Positions 1 through 9,520 are shown, counted from the first letter of the stretch. The stretch: DNA of 24,000 bases from Virgibacillus sp. SK37 (GCF_000725285.1 NZ_CP007161.1:1998213-2022212); one strand, 5' to 3'. The notes: generated by a model not told the origin, from the letters alone. Made by a program: numbers and translations.

Positions 1-212
1 TACCTGAAGTTATCGAGCATGGGGGGACAGGTTATCTTGTGAATATCGGGGATACTGATCAAGCTGCTGCTTATGCTGTTGAGTTACTAACGAACTCTGA
101 AAGACTCGCTGAATTTTCTAAACGTTCATTGGAACATGCTTTGGAGCACTTCCATTCTAAAAAAATCGTTAAACAATATTTGCAATTATATAATAACCTT
201 GGAAATGAATAA
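1..212 (+). CDS. bshA: C-terminal fragment of a GT4 glycosyltransferase, BshA-like (bacillithiol biosynthesis); 5' end lies outside the window
   Basis: Frame 3 is open from the window edge to TAA at 210-212. The translation PEVIEHGGTGYLVNIGDTDQAAAYAVELL...HSKKIVKQYLQLYNNLGNE resembles the GT4 C-terminal region as I recall it from B. subtilis BshA. It sits directly upstream of cca, as in B. subtilis. Confidence 0.75.
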   Translation, partial: PEVIEHGGTGYLVNIGDTDQAAAYAVELLTNSERLAEFSKRSLEHALEHFHSKKIVKQYLQLYNNLGNE

Positions 213-224
213 CAGGTGATTACA

Positions 225-1427
225 ATGTTAACAGAACCTTTTTTAACAGCCACAAATATATTAACAAAAATTGAATCCTATGGTTACCAGGCGTACTTCG
301 TTGGCGGTTGTGTCAGGGATTATTTGCTTGGTCGGCCAATAGGGGATGTAGATATTGCTACATCTGCAAAACCGGAAATGATTCAGCAGATTTTTAATAA
401 AGTTATTCCAGTCGGTATTGAGCATGGCACAGTGGTGGTGCGTTACGAGCAAGAATCATATGAAGTAACTACTTTTCGCATTGATGGCATTTATTCCGAT
501 AATCGACGGCCTGATGAGGTTGAATTTGTAAATAAAATTGATGAAGATTTGGCACGGAGAGACTTTACAATAAACGCTTTAGCAATGTCTAAAAATGGAC
601 ATATTATAGATTTATTTGAGGGAAGAAGAGATTTAAAGAATAAGGTTATCCGGACTGTAGGAAATGGCTATGAGAGATTTTCAGAGGATCCACTCCGCAT
701 TATCCGTGCTTTACGATTTACGAGCCAGTTAGGCTTTACACTAGCACCTGAAACCTTAGTGGACATGAAAGAAGCATCACATCTGGTTAATACACTTGCG
801 GTAGAGCGTTTAACGAATGAATTTTCCAAGCTTTTTGCAGGGAATGATATAAGGAAGGCTGTTACTTATATGAAGGAAATCCAGGTTGATTCCTACCTTC
901 CAGTATTTAGATCGTTTCCGAGCTTAATAAAAAAGTTACCTTCTAATATGCATTCACTAATGGACTTTGGTGAAGTGATTGCATATATGCATATAGTAGA
1001 ACCAAGTGTCTCTATTTCCGTTTGGGTAAAAGAATGGAAATGTTCCAATAGGACAAAAAAGGATGCAATTCACTTAGTGAATTCATATCATGTATTTAAA
1101 AAACACGGAATCAACTCTATGCTTATTTATCAATTGAAAAGGCCATACCTTGCTCCGTTCTTTCGTGTTGTTACATTAGCGGATCCGAAAGTTTCAATAA
1201 GCATGGAAAAATTACTTACTATAAATGAAAAATTACCTATACAATCTAAAACGGAGCTTTCTATAAATGGTCAAGAGATTATTGATTTATTTCCTTTAAG
1301 GCGAAGAGGCCCTTGGATTAGAGAAATTATGGATAGCTTGGAAAAAGAAATCGTTTTAGGAAATCTTCGAAATAATAATAAAGAAATAAAGGAGTGGATA
1401 AGATGGAATCCACCCGAAACAAATTAA
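225..1427 (+). CDS. cca: CCA-adding tRNA nucleotidyltransferase
   Basis: Class II nucleotidyltransferase motifs are present: YFVGGCVRD, GDVDIAT, RRDFTINA, EDPLRIIRA. The track ORF starts at GTG 216. ATG 225 has an AGGTG Shine-Dalgarno 6 nt upstream and gives the same N-terminal length as B. subtilis Cca. Confidence 0.9.
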   Translation: MLTEPFLTATNILTKIESYGYQAYFVGGCVRDYLLGRPIGDVDIATSAKPEMIQQIFNKVIPVGIEHGTVVVRYEQESYEVTTFRIDGIYSDNRRPDEVEFVNKIDEDLARRDFTINALAMSKNGHIIDLFEGRRDLKNKVIRTVGNGYERFSEDPLRIIRALRFTSQLGFTLAPETLVDMKEASHLVNTLAVERLTNEFSKLFAGNDIRKAVTYMKEIQVDSYLPVFRSFPSLIKKLPSNMHSLMDFGEVIAYMHIVEPSVSISVWVKEWKCSNRTKKDAIHLVNSYHVFKKHGINSMLIYQLKRPYLAPFFRVVTLADPKVSISMEKLLTINEKLPIQSKTELSINGQEIIDLFPLRRRGPWIREIMDSLEKEIVLGNLRNNNKEIKEWIRWNPPETN

Positions 1428-2398
1428 TTGATTTATTAGCTAAAGATAAAGATACATATATTTCCGGACAAATGCTGTCTGAGCATCTTGGTATTTCCCG
1501 TAGTGCAGTTTGGAAGCATATGAAAAATCTTGAAAAAGACGGGTATCAAATAGAAGGTAAATCAAACAAAGGTTATCGTATAATCGGTTTCCCCGATAAA
1601 TTAAGTGAAAATACAATTAAATGGGGGTTAAATACGTCGTGGTTAGGAAGTAAAATTATTCATAAAGAATCTACTCCTTCCACTCAAATTATCGCTCATC
1701 AGATGGCACAGGAAGGTTCACCCCATGGTACTGTTGTACTTGCTGACGAACAAACGAGTGGCAGAGGAAGATTGAATCGGGGATGGTTTTCTTCCAAGGG
1801 AAAAGGAATTTGGATGAGTATGGTACTCAGACCTGAAATTCTACCATATTTAGCGCCTCAACTAACATTATTAACTGCTACTGTGCTAGCAGAGATTCTA
1901 CAAAAGCACACAAGCATCACTCCAATGATTAAATGGCCAAACGACATACTTATAAATAAAAAAAAGACTGCAGGAATTTTGACTGAAATGCAAGCTGAAC
2001 AGGATCAGATTCAATATGTAATCATTGGAATAGGGATGAATATTAATCAGACCACCGAGGATATTCCTGTTGAAATACGGTCGAAAGCAACCTCTTTAAA
2101 AGTGGAAACCAGTGAAGAACATTCTATTAAACAACTTATCCAGCTTATATTAGAGGAATTCGAAAAAGCGTATGATTCCTATTTGATGAATGGATTTCCG
2201 GAAGTGAAAAAGAAGTGGGAGACATATGGCTTTAGGATAGGAGAATCGATTTCGATTACTACCTTACGTGACCAATTCCAAGCTATATTTTCGGGTATTG
2301 CTGAGGATGGTGCATTATTGGTAAAACAAAAGGATGGAGAAATTAAAAAATTATATTCAGCTGAAATCGAATGGTTTAAGGATGTGGGAGAATGTTAA
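1403..2398 (+). CDS. birA: Bifunctional biotin-[acetyl-CoA-carboxylase] ligase / biotin operon repressor
   Basis: N-terminal winged HTH ([32 protein letters not shown]), biotin-binding loop [16 protein letters not shown]. The track ORF starts at GTG 1394. ATG 1403 has AAGGAG 8 nt upstream and matches the B. subtilis N-terminus (MRSTLRKDLIELF vs [12 protein letters not shown]). It overlaps the cca stop. Confidence 0.92.
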   Translation: MESTRNKLIDLLAKDKDTYISGQMLSEHLGISRSAVWKHMKNLEKDGYQIEGKSNKGYRIIGFPDKLSENTIKWGLNTSWLGSKIIHKESTPSTQIIAHQMAQEGSPHGTVVLADEQTSGRGRLNRGWFSSKGKGIWMSMVLRPEILPYLAPQLTLLTATVLAEILQKHTSITPMIKWPNDILINKKKTAGILTEMQAEQDQIQYVIIGIGMNINQTTEDIPVEIRSKATSLKVETSEEHSIKQLIQLILEEFEKAYDSYLMNGFPEVKKKWETYGFRIGESISITTLRDQFQAIFSGIAEDGALLVKQKDGEIKKLYSAEIEWFKDVGEC

Positions 2399-3219
2399 AT
2401 CGAATTGACTTATTGAAAATGAAAGAATCTAAAGAAAAGATAACCATGCTAACAGCTTATGACTATCCATCAGCAAAGCTTGCAGAGCAAGCTGGAATAG
2501 ATATGATCTTAGTTGGGGACTCATTAGGTATGGTAGTACTAGGATATGATTCTACCATTCAAGTTACAGTGGAAGATATGATTCATCATGGAAAAGCTGT
2601 TCAGAGAGGTGCAAGTAATACGTTTATCGTTGTGGATATGCCATTTATGTCCTACCATATATCCATGGAGGAATCGTTGAGAAATGCTCAGCGGATTTTT
2701 CAGGAAACAGGTGCCCAAGCAATTAAATTGGAAGGCGCTTCAAAGGAAAACGTAGACTTAATTAAACGATTGAGCGAAGCGGGAATCCCCGTCATTGCAC
2801 ATTTAGGGTTAACACCACAGTCCGTTCACGTTTTGGGTGGCTATAAAGTCCAGGGGAAAGATGAAGAAGCAGCAGCAAAACTGCTTCATGAAGCTAAAGA
2901 AGTAACTTCTCACGGTTCTATTGCCTTGGTACTGGAGTGTGTCCCAAAAGAGTTAGCGGAGCTTATCACGGAAACAATTAATATTCCAACAATCGGAATT
3001 GGTGCCGGAACACATTGCGATGGTCAAGTATTAGTATATCATGATATAGTAAATTATGGGGTTGATCGTCTTCCTAAATTTGTTAATAAATACGGAGACT
3101 TCAATGAACTTGGCCAACAGGCAATAGAGACATATATTAGAGAAGTAAAGGAAGCTATTTTTCCTGGCGATAAACATTCTTTCTTTATAAAGGACAAGAG
3201 TATACTACCTAATAATTGA
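2392..3219 (+). CDS. panB: 3-methyl-2-oxobutanoate hydroxymethyltransferase (pantothenate biosynthesis)
   Basis: Near-collinear with the recalled B. subtilis PanB ([48 protein letters not shown]...). The ATG overlaps the birA stop (ATGTTAA). Confidence 0.95.
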   Translation: MLNRIDLLKMKESKEKITMLTAYDYPSAKLAEQAGIDMILVGDSLGMVVLGYDSTIQVTVEDMIHHGKAVQRGASNTFIVVDMPFMSYHISMEESLRNAQRIFQETGAQAIKLEGASKENVDLIKRLSEAGIPVIAHLGLTPQSVHVLGGYKVQGKDEEAAAKLLHEAKEVTSHGSIALVLECVPKELAELITETINIPTIGIGAGTHCDGQVLVYHDIVNYGVDRLPKFVNKYGDFNELGQQAIETYIREVKEAIFPGDKHSFFIKDKSILPNN

Positions 3220-3220
3220 A

Positions 3221-4120
3221 GTGGGGATTACTGTGGAAATAATTCGTGAAGTGAATGAAATGCATAATAGAATTATGATGTTGAAGCAAAAACAAAAGAA
3301 GATTGGGTTTGTGCCGACAATGGGTTTTTTTCATGACGGACATCTACAGCTTATGAAGAAAGCAAAAGAGGAAAATGATATTGTTGTGGCTAGTGTTTTC
3401 GTTAATCCACTACAATTTGGTCCTAATGAGGACTTTGATAGGTATCCACGTAATGAAGCAGATGATATTAGTAAAGCAGAACATGTAGGTGTAGATTTGC
3501 TGTTTATACCTACTGTAAATGAGATGTACCCACAGAAGATGAAAATCACAATGACAATCAATGATCGAATTGATGTGTTGTGCGGTAAAGCGAGACCGGG
3601 CCATTTTGATGGAGTAATAACCGTCGTTACAAAGTTGTTTCATATAATACAACCAAATCAAGTCTATTTTGGAATGAAAGACGCACAACAGGTTGCTGTA
3701 GTGGATGCCTTAATCCATGATTTGAACTTTCCGATTACTCTAATCGGCCTCCCAACTGTACGTGAAGAGGATGGTTTAGCAAAAAGCAGCAGAAATGTAA
3801 ACTTAAGCAGTAGAGAGAGAAATGAAGCTAGTTGGCTATATAAAGCTCTTAAGCATGGCCATCATCTTGTTGTTGACGGAGAATATAATCCTGCTATTAT
3901 TATTAAAGAGATAAATAATATCATTTCCGATAATACGGAAGGGGTAATTGATTATTTAGAAGTGCTTAGTTATCCTGAATTGAAGCCAGTTTCTCATATG
4001 AAACAACAAGTTATAATAGCAATAGCAGTTCAATTTGAGCGGGCCAGACTAATCGATAATTTATTATTAAGTGATGATGGACATATCATCCGGTTTTGGA
4101 AACAGGGGGAAACAAAATGA
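3221..4120 (+). CDS. panC: Pantoate--beta-alanine ligase (pantothenate synthetase)
   Basis: [15 protein letters not shown] (HxGH-type nucleotide-binding motif), [13 protein letters not shown]. The start is uncertain. GTG 3221 is the longest ORF. In-frame GTG 3233 gives the N-terminal length seen in B. subtilis PanC. Confidence 0.93.
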   Translation: MGITVEIIREVNEMHNRIMMLKQKQKKIGFVPTMGFFHDGHLQLMKKAKEENDIVVASVFVNPLQFGPNEDFDRYPRNEADDISKAEHVGVDLLFIPTVNEMYPQKMKITMTINDRIDVLCGKARPGHFDGVITVVTKLFHIIQPNQVYFGMKDAQQVAVVDALIHDLNFPITLIGLPTVREEDGLAKSSRNVNLSSRERNEASWLYKALKHGHHLVVDGEYNPAIIIKEINNIISDNTEGVIDYLEVLSYPELKPVSHMKQQVIIAIAVQFERARLIDNLLLSDDGHIIRFWKQGETK

Positions 4121-4506
4121 TTCGTACATTGATGAAGGGTAAAATTCATCGCGCAAGGGTTACAGAAGCTAACTTAAACTATGTAGGCAGTGTAACCATT
4201 GACCAGGATATATTGGAGTTAGTCGATATATTACCACATGAAAAAGTACAAATTGTTAATAATAATAATGGAGCCCGGTTAGAAACATATGTGATACCAG
4301 GTGAGAGAGGATCGGGAATAGTTTGCCTTAATGGAGCCGCAGCCCGGCTTGTACAAAAAGGTGATGTTGTCATTATTGTATCGTATGGTATGTTTTTCCC
4401 TGAAGAGTTAGCTTCATTCAGGCCAAAAGTGGCAATCATGAATGTGAATAATGAAGTTGAGCAAATCATAGAGGAAGAGCCGCCATTAACTGAAGTAATT
4501 AGTTAG
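4117..4506 (+). CDS. panD: Aspartate 1-decarboxylase (pyruvoyl-dependent, self-processing)
   Basis: [29 protein letters not shown] contains the Gly-Ser self-cleavage site. The ATG at 4117 overlaps the panC TGA (ATGA) and follows a GGGGGA SD. The track start at 4096 adds 7 residues that homologues lack. Confidence 0.95.
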   Translation: MIRTLMKGKIHRARVTEANLNYVGSVTIDQDILELVDILPHEKVQIVNNNNGARLETYVIPGERGSGIVCLNGAAARLVQKGDVVIIVSYGMFFPEELASFRPKVAIMNVNNEVEQIIEEEPPLTEVIS

Positions 4507-4518
4507 ATGTTAAGATGT

Positions 4519-4554
4519 AAAACTCTTATCGCAAGAAAAGGTAAGAGTTTTTTA
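4519..4554 (+). terminator. Rho-independent terminator after panD
   Basis: Perfect 10-bp stem aaaactctta (4519-4528) / taagagtttt (4542-4551), 13-nt loop, T-run 4548-4553. Confidence 0.8.
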
Positions 4555-4586
4555 TAATAGGTATGCGGTAGAAATGAGGTGAAACA

Positions 4587-7388
4587 GTGAACAGATATGT
4601 TGTTATTGATTTGGAAACAACGGGCCATTCTCCAACGAAGGACGACCGAATTATCGAAGTAGGTATTGTCATAATAAGTAAGGATAAATTAATCGATCAA
4701 TATTCTACATTACTCAACCCTCATAAGAAAATACCGCCATTTATTTCTAATTTAACAGGCATTTCAAATGAGGATGTTAAAAATGCCCCTTCTTTTATTG
4801 AAAAAGCAGGGGAAATTATTGAGTTATTTAAAGAAAGCTATTTAATAGCACACAATGTGCCATTTGATTTAGGGTTTTTAAATACTCAGCTTGCTATAAA
4901 TGGGTTCCAACAACTAAAGAATCCTGTTTTAGATACGGTGGAATTATCTCGAATCTTATTCCCCCAGGCTCCTAGTTATAAGCTGGGGCAACTGGCTGAA
5001 TACTTAGGAATTTACCATGATGAACCTCATCGCGCTCTCTCAGATGCCTATGTTACCGGAAAAGTTTTTCTTAAGCTTAAAGAAAAGCTTTGGACATTGC
5101 CTGGTGAAACGATCGAACATTTGATCAGATTGGAGAAGAAGTTAAAGTCCGATCTATACCCATTGCTCCTTGAAAGACAAAAGCAACTTATGTATGAAGA
5201 AGTAGTACATAATAATATTGCAACATACCAGGGACTTGCATTTAAACACATAGAAATCCCTCGAGTCGAACATGGGTTGGAGCCTGTTTCATTTGGAGAT
5301 TTCCTTGACGATATTTTTGAAGAAAATGGGGCCTTACAGAATAAGTTGACCAGTTATGAAAAACGAGATGGTCAACGAGAAATGTCAGAAGTGATTTTTG
5401 ATGCGTTTCAGTTACAAAAACACGCGCTGATCGAAGCAGAGACAGGTACTGGGAAATCATTGGCATACTTACTTCCTGCAGTGTATGAAGCTGTCTATTC
5501 AGATCGAAAAATTGTAATAAGTACTTTTACTACACAGTTGCAATCTCAGCTTTTGGAAGAAGAAATTCCTTTAGTAAAAGATATTGTGAATTTTCCAATA
5601 CAAGTAGCTCTATTAAAAGGAAAGTCGCATTATCTTAGTCTAGAAAAATTCAATCATGAACTAGCTTCTCCGTATGAAGATAATTATGATGTCGTTTTAA
5701 CGAAAGCAATGCTTCTTATTTGGATTACTGAAACAGAAACAGGGGATATTGAGGAAATACAGCTCCCAACTAGTGGGTACCATTTTTTCAAGAAAATCTC
5801 TACAGAATCAGAGGGATCTATTGATCCAGCTTCTCCATGGTTTTCTAGATCTTTTTATCAAAAGGCAAGAAAAAAAGCACAACTAGCTTCAATTGTTATT
5901 ACAAATCATGCTTTATTATGTACGGATATTTTTAATGAATACAAGCTATTACCCAGTTATGATAAAGTAATTGTGGATGAAGCACATCATCTTGAAGAAA
6001 CCGCTTCTCGACATTATGGTAAAAAACTTGATTATATTAGCATGCAATACATACTCAATCAATTGGGAACGACCGAGGAATCCAAATTTTTAGGCAAGTT
6101 AATGGAGAAGTATCCGCATGAACAAAAACATTTTTCCTTAGAAAAATGGAATGCTATCCTATCTGATGCGAAATATGAAATAGATGAATTATTTCGCACC
6201 CTGTTTCAATATGTTATGACCCAGAATAGTAAAAGTAAGTCTTTAAGTGATGTTGGAAGAGTACAATATCGCTTTGAAGAGGAAAACGAAACTCCGAATA
6301 AATGGAATAGTATAAAGGAAATGGTTTCCCGTGTTTCTTTTTACTTAAGAGATTTAATTCATATCCTCTCGAGCATAGAGGTGTACTTACAGAAAGTAGA
6401 TGCATTGGAAAAGTTTGATCATGATGAAATAAAAGGAAATATTGACCAACTACAATCCTTCATTGAACGATTAGATGAACTATTTTTTAATCACCATGAG
6501 CAAAAGTATGTAAAATGGATGGAAATTGAAACACATGGAGCGAAAAATGCTGTATATTTATATAGTGAACCTACGGACATAGCTGACTTTTTAACCAATG
6601 ACTTTTTCCAAAAAAAGAAAAGTGTTATATTAACTAGTGCAACACTGACAATGAAGCAGTCTTTTAGTTTTATACAAAATCGGTTGGGTTTACCATCAGA
6701 TTTAGTTTTAACTGCAAAAATAAAATCTCCTTTTTCATATAAGGATCAGGTTAAGTTAATGATACCAAATGACTTTCCCAGTATTAAATATGGAAAACCG
6801 GATGATTTTATTTACGCCACATGTGAAGCTATCATGTCCCTTGCTGAAATAACGAATGGCAGGATGCTTGTACTGTTTACTTCTTATGATATGTTACGAA
6901 AATCATATTATTTATTAAAAGAAATAATGGAAAGTGACAAATATATGGTAATCGCACAGGGAATTAGCAGTGGAAGTCGTGCCAGACTTAAAAAGAATTT
7001 TCAGACGTTTGATCAGGCAATTTTACTCGGAACCAGCTCTTTTTGGGAGGGTGTAGATATTCCTGGTGAAGATCTTTCTTGTTTAATGATCATCAGGCTT
7101 CCTTTTCAACCACCTGACCATCCGATCTATGAGGCCAAATCGGCGCATCTTAAAAAGGAGGGGAAAAATCCGTTTATGGAGCTTGCTCTCCCTAATGCAG
7201 TAATCCGATTTAAACAAGGCTTTGGAAGATTAATCCGTTCCTCTTCAGACCGTGGTATTGTTTTTGTTTGTGATTCAAGAATAATCACTGCGAGATATGG
7301 TAGTTATTTTAGGGATTCCATACCTGAGGTACCAATAACCAATGATTCTACACAAAAACTAATGGAGCAAGCAAAGGAATGGTTTTAA
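4587..7388 (+). CDS. dinG: DinG-family protein: N-terminal DnaQ-like 3'-5' exonuclease domain fused to an SF2 (XPD/Rad3-like) helicase core
   Basis: Exo motifs VVIDLETTG, AHNVPFDLGFL, HRALSDAYVTG. Helicase motifs AETGTGKS (Walker A), VDEAHHLEE (DEAH), GTSSFWEGVDIPG, GFGRLIRS. GTG start with a GAGGTG SD. 933 aa, against about 931 aa recalled for B. subtilis DinG. Confidence 0.92.
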   Translation: MNRYVVIDLETTGHSPTKDDRIIEVGIVIISKDKLIDQYSTLLNPHKKIPPFISNLTGISNEDVKNAPSFIEKAGEIIELFKESYLIAHNVPFDLGFLNTQLAINGFQQLKNPVLDTVELSRILFPQAPSYKLGQLAEYLGIYHDEPHRALSDAYVTGKVFLKLKEKLWTLPGETIEHLIRLEKKLKSDLYPLLLERQKQLMYEEVVHNNIATYQGLAFKHIEIPRVEHGLEPVSFGDFLDDIFEENGALQNKLTSYEKRDGQREMSEVIFDAFQLQKHALIEAETGTGKSLAYLLPAVYEAVYSDRKIVISTFTTQLQSQLLEEEIPLVKDIVNFPIQVALLKGKSHYLSLEKFNHELASPYEDNYDVVLTKAMLLIWITETETGDIEEIQLPTSGYHFFKKISTESEGSIDPASPWFSRSFYQKARKKAQLASIVITNHALLCTDIFNEYKLLPSYDKVIVDEAHHLEETASRHYGKKLDYISMQYILNQLGTTEESKFLGKLMEKYPHEQKHFSLEKWNAILSDAKYEIDELFRTLFQYVMTQNSKSKSLSDVGRVQYRFEEENETPNKWNSIKEMVSRVSFYLRDLIHILSSIEVYLQKVDALEKFDHDEIKGNIDQLQSFIERLDELFFNHHEQKYVKWMEIETHGAKNAVYLYSEPTDIADFLTNDFFQKKKSVILTSATLTMKQSFSFIQNRLGLPSDLVLTAKIKSPFSYKDQVKLMIPNDFPSIKYGKPDDFIYATCEAIMSLAEITNGRMLVLFTSYDMLRKSYYLLKEIMESDKYMVIAQGISSGSRARLKKNFQTFDQAILLGTSSFWEGVDIPGEDLSCLMIIRLPFQPPDHPIYEAKSAHLKKEGKNPFMELALPNAVIRFKQGFGRLIRSSSDRGIVFVCDSRIITARYGSYFRDSIPEVPITNDSTQKLMEQAKEWF

Positions 7389-7438
7389 GAAGAAAAAAAG
7401 TTGTGTCTAGCTGGAAGAACATAAATTTCTAAAAAAAG

Positions 7439-7473
7439 CTACTGATGTACGGAAGAATACATCAGTAGAGTTT
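7439..7473 (+). terminator. Hairpin terminator after dinG
   Basis: Perfect 11-bp stem ctactgatgta (7439-7449) / tacatcagtag (7458-7468), 8-nt loop. The 3' tail is only AGTTTAAAG (weak U-tract). An A-run precedes the stem. Confidence 0.6.
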
Positions 7474-7496
7474 AAAGCACAGGTTAGGAAATTTTT

Positions 7497-7544
7497 TATT
7501 GTAATAAATAAATTTATTTACATTGGCTTTTATTTATTACAATA
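7497..7544. repeat. Perfect 16-bp AT-rich inverted repeat (TATTGTAATAAATAAA-N16-TTTATTTATTACAATA) in the dinG-ypmA intergenic region
   Basis: I verified arms 7497-7512 and 7529-7544 base by base as exact reverse complements. Nested inside is a perfect 16-bp palindrome TAAATAAATTTATTTA (7505-7520). Its function is unknown. Confidence 0.9.
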
Positions 7545-7628
7545 GTATCTATATTATTTGCAAAGTCTTTAGCAATATGAATAACAAATTTTGATAAAAC
7601 AAGAATTACATTACTGAAGGAGGTTAAG

Positions 7629-7805
7629 ATGGATAAGCATAAAAATATTGAGACATTGTCTACAGTGAAACTAAATTATTCATCAGATCTTTATAAAATA
7701 GTTGATACTTTAAATCGGACATTAAAATATCAGGATCTCATGTTCGGTTTATCATTGGATGATAAAGATGAAGATAAGGCGATCTTTACAATTTACAAGA
7801 CATAG
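7629..7805 (+). CDS. ypmA: Small conserved protein, YpmA-like (58 aa); below the ORF-track size cutoff
   Basis: ATG 7629 follows GAAGGAGG with 6-nt spacing. Translation: MDKHKNIETLSTVKLNYSSDLYKIVDTLNRTLKYQDLMFGLSLDDKDEDKAIFTIYKT, stop TAG 7803-7805. Position between dinG and ypmB and sequence (DLYKIVDTLNRTLK...LMFGL...FTIY) match my recollection of B. subtilis YpmA. Confidence 0.72.
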   Translation: MDKHKNIETLSTVKLNYSSDLYKIVDTLNRTLKYQDLMFGLSLDDKDEDKAIFTIYKT

Positions 7806-8301
7806 CTGGTTTGTTTGGACCATGCTAATATTTTTAATCGTAATTATTTCTTGTTTTATTTACCTATTATTTTTATATCTTGATCTAAAGGATAGCAAAA
7901 CAGAGGGCTTTGCAGATACAAAACAACAAATTCTTCAGGCAACTTCTATAGAGGAAATTGATAAAATTAACAAATTTAACGGGGAAGAAGCATACCACGT
8001 TATATTTGGAACAACAGATAGTGGTAAGAAACAAATTATATTTTATCCACTACAAGGCAAGAAAAAAGACCTTACAACTATAGATCAATCAGACATTATT
8101 GCAGAAGAGGCAATCATAGGGGAGTGGAAACAGCAATGTTCCAGCTGTGAATTTATAAAAATTACTCCAGCGTTAGTAAATGATAAGCCGCTTTGGGAAC
8201 TTACGTATAGAGATGAATCCGACAGGTACGTGTTGGATTATTTATCCATCTATGATGGTTCCCGCTATGAACAATATCGTTTTAAACAAATGTTTGAATA
8301 G
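7759..8301 (+). CDS. ypmB: PepSY-domain membrane-anchored protein, YpmB-like
   Basis: Basic N-terminus, one TM helix (WFVWTMLIFLIVIISCFIYLLFLYL), then an extracytoplasmic domain ending in a PepSY-like segment (KPLWELTYRDESDRYVLDYLSIYDGS). The start is uncertain: ATG 7759 and 7768 both overlap ypmA, and ATG 7822 would not. Confidence 0.75.
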   Translation: MIKMKIRRSLQFTRHSWFVWTMLIFLIVIISCFIYLLFLYLDLKDSKTEGFADTKQQILQATSIEEIDKINKFNGEEAYHVIFGTTDSGKKQIIFYPLQGKKKDLTTIDQSDIIAEEAIIGEWKQQCSSCEFIKITPALVNDKPLWELTYRDESDRYVLDYLSIYDGSRYEQYRFKQMFE

Positions 8302-8315
8302 AAAGGTGATCAGAT

Positions 8316-9509
8316 ATGATTGATTTAGCAAAGAGAGTAAATACGTTAACACCATCCACTACATTAGCAATCACAGCAAAAGCAAAGGAATTAAAAAAAC
8401 AAGGGCATGACGTTATTGGTTTAGGCGCTGGTGAACCAGATTTCAACACTCCGGAATATATTCTTGAAGCTGCAGAAAAAGCTATGCATGATGGGCTAAC
8501 TAAATATACTCCATCAGGCGGTGTAGCCGAATTGAAAGAAGCTATTATTAATAAGTTTCAAAAAGATAATAATCTGCAGTACACTGCTGAAGAAGTTATT
8601 GTTACTACAGGAGCGAAGCATGCTTTATATACTCTATTTCAAGTAATACTAAATGAGGGAGATGAAGTAATTGTACCAGCTCCTTACTGGGTGAGTTACC
8701 CAGAACAAATTAAACTTGCAGGCGGGAAACCAGTTATTATTTCCGCTAAGGAAGAAAACGAGTTTAAAATTACGCCCAAAGCTTTAGAAGAGGCAATAAA
8801 TCCAAGTACGAAAGCAGTTATTATTAACTCTCCAAGTAACCCTACAGGAATGGTGTATAATGAACAAGAATTAAGAGATCTTGGAGAAGTTTGTATAAAA
8901 CATGACATTCTTATTGTTTCTGACGAAATATATGAGAAGCTGTTATACACTGGAGATGCTCATGTCTCTATAGCACAATTGAGCCCCCAACTAAAGGAGC
9001 AAACAATTGTCATTAATGGTGTTTCTAAATCTCATGCTATGACAGGTTGGAGAATTGGATATGCAGCAGGGACAAGCAAAATAGTTAAGGCAATGACAAA
9101 TCTGGCATCCCATTCAACATCTAATCCCACTTCGATTGCACAGTATGCTGCTCTGGCGGCCTATTCTGTCAATGAAGACCCTGTTAAAGAAATGAAGAAA
9201 ATATTTGCTGACAGATTAGATCTTCTGTATAAATTACTTGTAGATATTCCCGGGATAACCTGTGAAAAGCCAAAAGGTGCTTTTTATTTATTTCCTAATG
9301 TGAAAGAAGCTGCTACTAATAATGGGTTTAAATCAGTAGATGATTGGGTCAGTGCTCTTCTTGAGGAAGAAAAAGTAGCTTTAGTACCAGGTTCAGGTTT
9401 CGGTTCCCCAGATAATGTGCGTTTATCCTATGCTACATCTACAGAAGCATTGGAAGAAGCTGCTAATAGAATTAAACAATTTGTATCAAACCATTCAATT
9501 AAGAACTAG
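8316..9509 (+). CDS. aspB: Aspartate aminotransferase (class I PLP aminotransferase)
   Basis: GAGEPDF, SPSNPTG, PLP-lysine context [21 protein letters not shown]. Same position as B. subtilis aspB, upstream of asnS. Confidence 0.92.
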   Translation: MIDLAKRVNTLTPSTTLAITAKAKELKKQGHDVIGLGAGEPDFNTPEYILEAAEKAMHDGLTKYTPSGGVAELKEAIINKFQKDNNLQYTAEEVIVTTGAKHALYTLFQVILNEGDEVIVPAPYWVSYPEQIKLAGGKPVIISAKEENEFKITPKALEEAINPSTKAVIINSPSNPTGMVYNEQELRDLGEVCIKHDILIVSDEIYEKLLYTGDAHVSIAQLSPQLKEQTIVINGVSKSHAMTGWRIGYAAGTSKIVKAMTNLASHSTSNPTSIAQYAALAAYSVNEDPVKEMKKIFADRLDLLYKLLVDIPGITCEKPKGAFYLFPNVKEAATNNGFKSVDDWVSALLEEEKVALVPGSGFGSPDNVRLSYATSTEALEEAANRIKQFVSNHSIKN

Positions 9510-9520
9510 GAGGACTTCTT

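Noticed and set aside
226-267. Palindromic TGTTAACA at the cca start, reminiscent of a BirA operator half-site, followed by a direct TTAACAG repeat
   Set aside because: There is only one palindromic octamer, and the second element is a direct repeat, not an inverted one. It lies inside coding sequence, and my recollection of the Gram-positive BirA box is imprecise. Most likely coincidence.
71-452. Track ORFs 71-253 (-) and 261-452 (-)
   Set aside because: They lie antisense to the well-supported bshA 3' end and cca 5' end. They have no SD, and their composition is typical of a shadow frame of an AT-rich gene.
4587-4604. GAACAGATATGTTG at the dinG start codon, resembling a LexA (Cheo) box
   Set aside because: The Bacillus consensus is CGAAC-N4-GTTCG. 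Here the half-sites are 6 nt apart, the flanking C/G are missing, and GTT is not followed by CG. It is not a credible SOS box.
3331-6405. Antisense track ORFs inside panC, panD and dinG (3331-3561, 3410-3688, 4179-4469, 5048-5251, 5242-5466, 6214-6405, all minus)
   Set aside because: Each lies fully within a conserved plus-strand gene with strong motif support. None has a convincing SD or a recognisable domain.
4587-7388. DinG as a possible component of an anti-phage defence system
   Set aside because: It sits in the conserved housekeeping position (panD-dinG-ypmA). Its neighbours are core metabolic genes, and there are no nuclease, ATPase or effector partners or island boundaries.
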